DNA of 30,886 bases, from the NCBI GenBank assembly GCA_040235515.1, contig JBECKX010000156.1, forward strand, positions 1-30,886, in the 5' to 3' direction. The stretch's first letter is position 1. Every line of letters starts with the position of its first letter. This DNA comes from Candidatus Zixiibacteriota bacterium (GTDB lineage Bacteria; Zixibacteria; MSB-5A5; CAIYYT01). Of the stretch, positions 17,604 to 24,695 are shown piece by piece. Under the pieces are notes generated by a model, which worked only from the letters and a program-made list of their open reading frames with translations, was not told the DNA's origin and ran no database searches. The position numbers were made by a program, and so were the translations under genes.

Positions 17604-17954
17604 GTGCTCATTTTAACACGGAAGTTAGGTGAGTCCATCAACATCGGAGACAATATCAAGGTAACGGTTCTCGGCATCTACGGCCGGCAGGTTCGCCTTG
17701 GTATCGACGCGCCGTTGAAGGTGGTAGTTCATCGCGAAGAAGTTTACGTCAAGATTCAAAATGAGAATCGTAAGGCGGCACAAGCGGGCAAGAAGGATCT
17801 GATGTCGGTTGTTTCGATGCTCAAGGACAAATTCAAAGGCGAAATGAAAGACAGCGACAAGAAATCAAGCCTCGAATACCGCAAGTCGCGTGGCAAGGGC
17901 AACAAGAACGACAAGGACGAGGAGAACGAGGCGCGGCGCGATAACAATCGCTGA
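17604..17954 (+). CDS. csrA: Carbon storage regulator CsrA, FliW-type, with a long charged C-terminal tail
   Basis: [29 protein letters not shown]44 and N55 are present; GTG start after GGAGG. Confidence 0.96.
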   Translation: MLILTRKLGESINIGDNIKVTVLGIYGRQVRLGIDAPLKVVVHREEVYVKIQNENRKAAQAGKKDLMSVVSMLKDKFKGEMKDSDKKSSLEYRKSRGKGNKNDKDEENEARRDNNR

Positions 17955-18045
17955 TACCGCAGAACGCCCAACCGGCGCAGCAACAGTTCTCAAGGAAGTG
18001 AATTGAAGATTTGATTTGAATAGGAAGGGTAACGGTAAGGACACC

Positions 18046-18165
18046 ATGAAAAGCAATGCTAACGGACCGGTAAAATCAGGCAACACACAGGGACAGGACA
18101 ACAACGAATCCACGGTATCACTTCCAGTCGGCTGCGATCAGGACTTCGTCTACTACGAAGACTAG
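18046..18165 (+). CDS. Possible 39-aa microprotein MKSNANGPVKSGNTQGQDNNESTVSLPVGCDQDFVYYED
   Basis: Read by hand, below the ORF-track cutoff; TAAGGA-CACC-ATG start; same strand as the operon. Confidence 0.35.
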   Translation: MKSNANGPVKSGNTQGQDNNESTVSLPVGCDQDFVYYED

Positions 18166-18243
18166 CTGCAGCGCAAGTGTGCCGGGAGATCAAGGACACA
18201 AGGATTAGAGCAGAGTGACCAGAGAAGAGAATAGAGAAGCAAT

Positions 18244-20169
18244 ATGCGCGTAACCCAGGACATGATTGCCAATCAGGTTATCTTTAACCTGAGCAATACC
18301 ATCGAACGGTTCCTCAAGATCCAGAATATGATGTCGACCAATCGTCGCATCAACAAACCATCGGATGATCCCGTTGGCACGATCAAGGATCTCTCCTACC
18401 GCGAACGCCTGGCGGAGATATCGCAGTTCAAGGCCAATATCTCGATCGGACAAACCTGGGTCTCCACAACCGATGTCGCGCTCAATGACGTGAATGTCGG
18501 GCTGCGCGAAGCCTACTCGATCGCGGTCGAAATGGCCAACGATACCTACGACGCGACCGCGCGTAACTCGGCAGCCAACGAAATCGCCTCTATCCTCGAC
18601 CAGGCGCTCGCCGCCGGAAACTCGCAGCTGCAAAGCAGCTACATCTTCTCCGGCTACCGCACCCGGACCGAGCCATTCTCGCGCTCCGCAAGCGGCGTGA
18701 CCTACATGGGGGACAACGGACAAATCAATTACACGATCGACTCGCGTGCAAAGGTACAGGTGAACACGATCGGCTCCCGGATCTTTACCTCGCCATTCCA
18801 GGCGATCGGCGCCGAATCGAACGTACATCTCGGTATCGTCGGCACAACACCTCTGGCGAGCCTCCATAACGGCAACGGCATCGACCAGTCACCCGGTATA
18901 TTTACCGTCGTCGACAACAACACCGGTACCAGCGTTGATATCGATATCTCCCTGGCAACCGGCGTCAGCGACGCGATTTCACTGATCAATGCACAGTTGG
19001 CAGGTGCCGGGCTGACCAACATCACCGCCTCGATTGGCATCGAGGGGAACAACCTGAAGCTGGAAGCGACCAGCGTTCCCACGATTACGACCTCGACCCC
19101 GCTGAAGAATCTCAACAACGGCAACGGTATCGATCAATCGCCCGGAGAGTTCGTCATTCGCAACGGCTCTGACTCGATAAACTTCACAGTCGACGTCAGC
19201 AGCGCGTCCACGGTCGGTGATGTCATCAGCGCAATCAACTCGGCTCTCAGCGGCGCGGGCGTCAGCAACGTGACAGCATCTCTCAATACCGCGGGTACTG
19301 GAATCGCGATCACGGACACCAATGGCATCCCGCTCGGCTTGCGCGTCGAGGATTCAGCCCCGACGGAGTTCACCGCGGCGAACCTCGGCATTGTCGGCCT
19401 GATCGCAACCGACCTGCAGGGTACAGATCTGAATCCGCGTCCCGATTTTACCGTGAAGGAGTTCGGCGCGGGTTCGACCGCCAGCGATCTCGGCATTGCC
19501 GGTGATTTTCACTTCAACAAGGCGGGGGATGCGCTAGAGCCTCAGTTGCTGCCGACGTCACTGCTCTCGCAGTTCCAGAACGGACTCGGGATCCCGGGCG
19601 GCGAGTTCAAAATCTCGCAGGGGAGTCAAACCGTCTCCTTCAACACTCAAGCAGCCGGGATAACAACTGTACAGGATCTGCTCGATGCGATCAATAACTC
19701 GGCGCTCGATGTTACCGCGTCGATCAACGACGCAGGCACCGGAATCCAGATCGTCAACGATGACCCTTCACGCACGCTGATCGTCAACAACGGCGATGGC
19801 AGCACCGCCGCGACAAATCTGGGGATCAATGATTCGGCTGATGTACTCGGTACGCTGATGTTTCTCGTGGATGCACTGCGGAGAAACGACCGCGAATCGG
19901 TGGAAACGGCCATCGGTACACTCGACAAAGCCCTCAACAAAGTACTCGACGAGCGTGCGTCGGCAGGCGCGAAGGTCATCCGCATGGAAACGACCTTCAG
20001 CCGACTCGAACAATCGGAGTTGAGCTACACCAGCTTGCTCTCGGATGTGGAGGATGCCGACATCACTCAACTCGTAACCGACCTGGCAATGCAGGAAAAT
20101 GCTTATAACGCGGCTCTTCAATCAGCCGCCCGGATAGTCCAGCCGTCACTATTGGATTTTTTAAGGTGA
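18244..20169 (+). CDS. flgL: Hook-associated protein FlgL, enlarged by internal repeats
   Basis: MRVTQ, RINKPSDDPV, YIFSGYRT, LSDVEDADI..YNAALQSAARIVQPSLLDFLR motifs. Confidence 0.95.
   Translation: MRVTQDMIANQVIFNLSNTIERFLKIQNMMSTNRRINKPSDDPVGTIKDLSYRERLAEISQFKANISIGQTWVSTTDVALNDVNVGLREAYSIAVEMANDTYDATARNSAANEIASILDQALAAGNSQLQSSYIFSGYRTRTEPFSRSASGVTYMGDNGQINYTIDSRAKVQVNTIGSRIFTSPFQAIGAESNVHLGIVGTTPLASLHNGNGIDQSPGIFTVVDNNTGTSVDIDISLATGVSDAISLINAQLAGAGLTNITASIGIEGNNLKLEATSVPTITTSTPLKNLNNGNGIDQSPGEFVIRNGSDSINFTVDVSSASTVGDVISAINSALSGAGVSNVTASLNTAGTGIAITDTNGIPLGLRVEDSAPTEFTAANLGIVGLIATDLQGTDLNPRPDFTVKEFGAGSTASDLGIAGDFHFNKAGDALEPQLLPTSLLSQFQNGLGIPGGEFKISQGSQTVSFNTQAAGITTVQDLLDAINNSALDVTASINDAGTGIQIVNDDPSRTLIVNNGDGSTAATNLGINDSADVLGTLMFLVDALRRNDRESVETAIGTLDKALNKVLDERASAGAKVIRMETTFSRLEQSELSYTSLLSDVEDADITQLVTDLAMQENAYNAALQSAARIVQPSLLDFLR
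18841..19830 (+). repeat. Three internal protein-level repeats in FlgL
   Basis: TTPLASLHNGNGIDQSPG / STPLKNLNNGNGIDQSPG (249 nt apart) / TSLLSQFQNGLGIPGG, each followed by TVxDxIxxIN..VTASxN-like segments. Confidence 0.75.
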
Positions 20170-20175
20170 GTTAAC

Positions 20176-20667
20176 ATGGAGTTAAACACAAGACAGTTCG
20201 GAGTGCTTGAAGTATCCGAAGACGAATTCATCCACGCCCCGAAGGGACTGCTTGGATTCGAAGGATTCGAGCGCTTCGTGATGGTAGATCATGAGGACTC
20301 GCGCCCGTTTCGCTGGTTGCAGAGCGTCGACGCGCCCGAGCTCTCCTTCGTGATCGTCAGTCCCGCAGTCTTCTTTCAGGACTATCGGGTAGTGGTCAAT
20401 GCCAAGGAAGTAGCGGATATCAAGGTCAATCGACCGGAGGACGTTGACGTCTACGTCATCGTCACGGTTCCGGAAGATATCAACCAGATGACCGCCAATC
20501 TGCAGGGACCAATCCTGCTCAATCGTCGCGAGAACCTGCTCAAACAGCTAGTTCTTACCGACAGTGCCTACTCGGTTCAGCACTCGATCGTCAAACAGCT
20601 CGAGCGCAACCGGAATCTGGTGGCCACTGCAAAGGCCACTCCAATGGAGATTTCCTCGGCGAAGTAG
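20176..20667 (+). CDS. fliW: Flagellar assembly factor FliW (CsrA antagonist)
   Basis: TRQFG, GLLGFE, PFRWLQS, FVIVSP..F..Y, MTANLQGPILLN motifs. Confidence 0.96.
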   Translation: MELNTRQFGVLEVSEDEFIHAPKGLLGFEGFERFVMVDHEDSRPFRWLQSVDAPELSFVIVSPAVFFQDYRVVVNAKEVADIKVNRPEDVDVYVIVTVPEDINQMTANLQGPILLNRRENLLKQLVLTDSAYSVQHSIVKQLERNRNLVATAKATPMEISSAK

Positions 20668-20745
20668 CGGATAGCTGCTCTCACTTTCGGGGATCTCGAG
20701 GATTGTCAGTTCGCATGATGCGTAATCAGGCAAATAGGAGATTGC

Positions 20746-21363
20746 ATGGATACCAGCTTGGAAACCACTACGGCGACTGCCTCTAGCCGCCACGCCGATT
20801 CCGAACAGACGGATCGAGCCCCGGTTCTGCTCGAACAAGCCACCCAGCTTATCGCCGCAGGGAAACTGAAGGAGGCTGCCGCGATTCTCGAACAGGCCGT
20901 CGCCGCCGCACCGAAGTCGCTCGACCTGCAGATATCCACGGCCTTCCTGAACGTGAAAATCGGCGACACCGATTCAGCTCGCAAGCACCTGCAGGCGGCG
21001 CTCAGACTCCGTACCGATAATCCCGACGCCCTGCACAACCTCGCGGTCCTCCTGACGGCAGTCGGGGAGTTTGAAGAGGCAAAACAGTGTCTGCACAAGC
21101 TGCTGGTACTCGACAATCAGAACATTGACATCTATAACGATCTGGCGGTCATCGAAGCCGAGAGTGGAAATATCGCGGGGGCTGAACACGCCTTTACTCA
21201 GGGCATGCAGTTGCGGAGCGTCAACAAGAAGATCTTCCACAACTACTTAGATTTCTGCAAGCAGACAAACAACCAGAGTGGATTCGACACCGCCTGTGCG
21301 GCCTACCGCAAACATTGGCACGTCGATCCGCCGATTACCTGGGATTCCAACCTTAAAGGATAA
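20746..21363 (+). CDS. Tetratricopeptide-repeat protein
   Basis: TPR-like helices (DNPDALHNLAVLL..GEFEEA; DIYNDLAVI..GNIAGA); AGGAG RBS. Confidence 0.85.
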   Translation: MDTSLETTTATASSRHADSEQTDRAPVLLEQATQLIAAGKLKEAAAILEQAVAAAPKSLDLQISTAFLNVKIGDTDSARKHLQAALRLRTDNPDALHNLAVLLTAVGEFEEAKQCLHKLLVLDNQNIDIYNDLAVIEAESGNIAGAEHAFTQGMQLRSVNKKIFHNYLDFCKQTNNQSGFDTACAAYRKHWHVDPPITWDSNLKG

Positions 21364-21422
21364 ACCTCCGGCCGTGGCGCCGGAGATATGAGGGCTGACA
21401 ATTCGCAGCAGGACAAATCAAA

Positions 21423-24164
21423 ATGGCCAATAAGAAAACTGGAAAATCGAAAAACTCATCAACCGGAACCGGCAAGAAAACGGCGCGCAAGAAGAAGGCT
21501 GCCACGCCTCGATCCGCCGGGTCGGCAGGGCGGGCAAAAACGACAAAACAGGCAGCCGTCGCGAAAACAACCGGCGCCGTCGACTTCGTAGCAGCCCTGA
21601 CTCACTTCGACAAGAACGATCTCAACAAAGCATGGCAATCCTGCTGCGGGCTGCATGACTCACCTGAGGTTCGCTCCGAACAGTCGACCGACAACATCCT
21701 CTTCGCCGCATACCTTGCCACCAGCGTTGGAAAACACCCGATAGCGCACGATCTGCTCGATGTCGCGGTTGGACGCGGCGCGGATGACATCACCCTCGCG
21801 TTCGTGGCTGGAGCGATCGAATTGAATTTCAATCGGCCTGAGCTGGCGCTTGAGCACGCGAAACATGGGCTGTCACTCATTGCCGTCGCCGGCACTTTTG
21901 CGAGCAACTGGCTCAAACTCGACCAGGCCCTCCCCGGGTTTTATTTCCTGGCCGGCAGGGCCAACTATGACCTGGCCAGACTTGAGGAAGCCGCCGAAGC
22001 TTTTGAAAAATATCTCCGTCGCCGGCCGAACTCTGAACAGGGATACCTCCGTCTGGCAACCGTGCGCAAAGCCCAGGGCAAGATTAGCGAAGCCAGCTCG
22101 GCGGTAGCAGAGGGGATCAAACTCTGCAAGAGCCATCGCGAACTCGATAAACTCAATGCTCTGCTTCAGAATCATGAGACTATCTCACTCTGCATGATCG
22201 TGAAAAACGAAGAGCAGATGCTGGGCCAGTGTCTTGAGAGCGTCAAGGACGTCGTGGATGAAATCATCATCGTCGATACCGGTTCGGAGGATTGCACCGT
22301 CGAAATCGCCGAGAGCTACGGCGCCAAAGTCTTTCACCATAAATGGGAAAATGATTTCTCCAAACATCGCAATCAGTCGCTTGAGTATGCTACGTCAGAC
22401 TGGATCCTGATCCTCGACGCCGACGAAGAGCTTCTGAAAGATGATATCGAAAAACTGCGTCAGGCAACTTTCCAGAAAGCTTATGACGCCATCTCCGTGT
22501 CGGTACACAATAAACACCTCCGCACAGGAGAGGTTACCTCATTCCTCCCTTCGACTCGTCTCTGGAGGAGCAAGCTCGGCGCCCGCTACGAGGGGATAGT
22601 CCACAATGAACTGCGCTTGCCCCCCAATGTGAAGATCCTCCGTGCCGATATCAGGATCATCCACTACGGCTACGGACTCGATTGGGAGAAGATGAAGAAG
22701 AAGATCGCCCGCAGTAAGGCGCTTCTCCTCAAGCAGCTCGAAGAGAATCCCAACAACGCCTTCGCCAACTTCAATCTCGCGCAGCTGATTCGCGGCGAGT
22801 ATAAACACCCACCCAAAGAGGCCTGCGAGGAAATCCTCAAATATGCCGGTCGGGTGGTGGAGCAGACCTCACCGACGGAACGGGGTCAGCGGCACCTGCA
22901 CCTGATGGCGCTTGATCAGATCAGCTCCGCCTATATCCACATGCACGAATATGAAAAGGCGGAGGAGGTCGCGCTTCGAGCACTCGAGTATGATCCGAAC
23001 TACCTCGACCCGATGTTTTCGCTCGGCAATATCTACGCCGGTCAGCGGAAGATGGAGTTAGCCAAACAGGCGTACAACGACTACATCGAGGCAGCTGACA
23101 AGTATGATCCCGGTGAAGAGACTACCGCGTTCATTCTTCTACACGGTTCGAGTCAGCCCCGAGCCTGCTTCAATCTCGGATTGGTGCATGAAGAGTTAGG
23201 GGAGAACAAGGAGGCTGAGCAGGCGTTCAAGCGCATCTTCGATTATATCGAGACGTTCCAGGATGTTTATGCACACCTCGCGTTGGTGACCCTGCGCCAG
23301 GGCAAATTCGACGAATCGGAACAGCACGCCAGAAAGCGACTGGCGCAGAACGACGACGACAACAATGCCCGCCAGTTGCTTGCACGCGCCTGCTACCGGC
23401 AGCAGAAGTATGACCTTGCTCGTACCGCCTGCAGGGAACTGCTGCAACGCAACAGTGCCGACACGATCGCGATGGAATTGTTGATCTCGGTCGAACGCAG
23501 CGCCGGAGATGATGATGCCGCACTGCTTCTGATCGAAGAACTGCTTTCGGTGGAACCCGACAACTATACTGCCCTGAGCGAGAAAGCGGATATCTTCATC
23601 GCGCAAAATGAACCCGATAAAGCACTGGCGCTCTACCACCGGCTCAATCAGATCAAGCCGCGCGATGCAGAAATCATCAACGATATGGCCAATTGCCATT
23701 TCCGCCTCAATGAGTTCGAGGAAGCTGTGCGCTACTACAGCGAAGCACTGGCAATCTCACCTCAGCTCACACCCGCTCTGCGCAACCTTGGCCTTACCTA
23801 CTTCAAGCTCGGTGAGTCGGACAAGGCGATCGAGAAGCTGGCCAATTATCTCGACTACAGCCAGGAAGATTCAGACATCCTCTATCTGATCGCCCGGCTT
23901 CATTTTGACCGCGGCAACTTCGAGGATGCCGCTCGTTACGTCGAACGCTGTTTGCAGTTGAATCCGACTTCCGCCGAATTGGTGGCGTTGCTGGCGGATT
24001 GTTATCTGAAGCAGGGTCATCTCAAGAGCGCGTTGCTGGGCTATCAGAAGGCGCTTGCGATCGATCCCGCCTTCTCACCCGCCGCCGAAATGATAGAGAA
24101 TATCAAGCAGGCCGGGAGAGAAGACACCGCCGCTGAAGAGACCGAGGAGCCGGTAGAGAAGTAA
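21423..24164 (+). CDS. GT2 glycosyltransferase flanked by TPR arrays, putative flagellin glycosyltransferase
   Basis: ISLCMIVKNEE..CLESV..DEIIIVDTGSED, WENDFSKHRN, LDADE, YEGIVHN, IIHYGY motifs; multiple TPRs; immediately upstream of fliC. Confidence 0.88.
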   Translation: MANKKTGKSKNSSTGTGKKTARKKKAATPRSAGSAGRAKTTKQAAVAKTTGAVDFVAALTHFDKNDLNKAWQSCCGLHDSPEVRSEQSTDNILFAAYLATSVGKHPIAHDLLDVAVGRGADDITLAFVAGAIELNFNRPELALEHAKHGLSLIAVAGTFASNWLKLDQALPGFYFLAGRANYDLARLEEAAEAFEKYLRRRPNSEQGYLRLATVRKAQGKISEASSAVAEGIKLCKSHRELDKLNALLQNHETISLCMIVKNEEQMLGQCLESVKDVVDEIIIVDTGSEDCTVEIAESYGAKVFHHKWENDFSKHRNQSLEYATSDWILILDADEELLKDDIEKLRQATFQKAYDAISVSVHNKHLRTGEVTSFLPSTRLWRSKLGARYEGIVHNELRLPPNVKILRADIRIIHYGYGLDWEKMKKKIARSKALLLKQLEENPNNAFANFNLAQLIRGEYKHPPKEACEEILKYAGRVVEQTSPTERGQRHLHLMALDQISSAYIHMHEYEKAEEVALRALEYDPNYLDPMFSLGNIYAGQRKMELAKQAYNDYIEAADKYDPGEETTAFILLHGSSQPRACFNLGLVHEELGENKEAEQAFKRIFDYIETFQDVYAHLALVTLRQGKFDESEQHARKRLAQNDDDNNARQLLARACYRQQKYDLARTACRELLQRNSADTIAMELLISVERSAGDDDAALLLIEELLSVEPDNYTALSEKADIFIAQNEPDKALALYHRLNQIKPRDAEIINDMANCHFRLNEFEEAVRYYSEALAISPQLTPALRNLGLTYFKLGESDKAIEKLANYLDYSQEDSDILYLIARLHFDRGNFEDAARYVERCLQLNPTSAELVALLADCYLKQGHLKSALLGYQKALAIDPAFSPAAEMIENIKQAGREDTAAEETEEPVEK

Positions 24165-24438
24165 GTTCCTGTGCCGATGCACGATAAGTTCCCGCCCCCA
24201 CGGGAGTGGCCAACTTCTGCCCAGTTGCTGCTAAACCGGGGCTCTCAACACCGCCGAATCTGGGGGAAAATCAAACAGTGAAACACCCGGCCGCGGGGTG
24301 CGGGTCAACCGCGTCCACGCCACACGCTTAGCTGGTGCGGCGCGTTTTTGCGTCGAAACTGCTCACTTTTAGCCCGTTAAGGGCAAAGAAAATTCCGCCG
24401 AAAATCAGTAGCAGACGCAGTTCCAGGCCGATTTTGGC

Positions 24439-24467
24439 TCAAGCAATAAACGCTTGGAACCGATACT
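24439..24467 (+). promoter_or_regulatory. Sigma28 (FliA) promoter of fliC
   Basis: TCAAG-N16-CCGATACT about 230 nt upstream of the flagellin ATG. Confidence 0.72.
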
Positions 24468-24643
24468 GTTAGAGAAGAGGCGGCCTGCGCGATTGCAGCG
24501 TTCGGGCCGGCTGAACTGCCTAAAAGGGCAACGACGAATACCTCCCACTAGCCGGGGAGGAGATCGCGGCTAGAAGGTCGCACATGCTCCGACCTTAGCG
24601 AACATCGGAAGTGGCTGAAATGACGAGAGCACACAAAGCACAA

Positions 24644-24688
24644 TGAAAGTAAGTCGGAAAGGAAATCCGACAGGGACTTTCAAGGAGG
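24644..24688 (+). promoter_or_regulatory. CsrA-binding hairpin plus SD in the fliC leader
   Basis: TGAAAGT-AA-GTCGGA-[AAGGAAA]-TCCGAC-AGGG-ACTTTCA hairpin with ANGGA in the loop, abutting the AAGGAGG SD. Confidence 0.75.
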
Positions 24689-24695
24689 ATCCGTA

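Noticed and set aside
21365..21386. Hairpin CTCCGGC-N6-GCCGGAG as a terminator after the TPR gene
   Set aside because: No U-tract and the next gene starts ~40 nt later on the same strand; at most a stabilising stem.
24154..24188. Extra sigma28-like sites just after the glycosyltransferase stop
   Set aside because: Both boxes are degenerate and the spacing differs from the two matching TCAAG-N16-CCGATACT sites.
24361..24640. c-di-GMP riboswitch upstream of fliC (GGGCAAA…GAAA…GACGCA)
   Set aside because: The pieces lack the required paired stems and tetraloop receptor, and the best fragment lies upstream of the sigma28 promoter.
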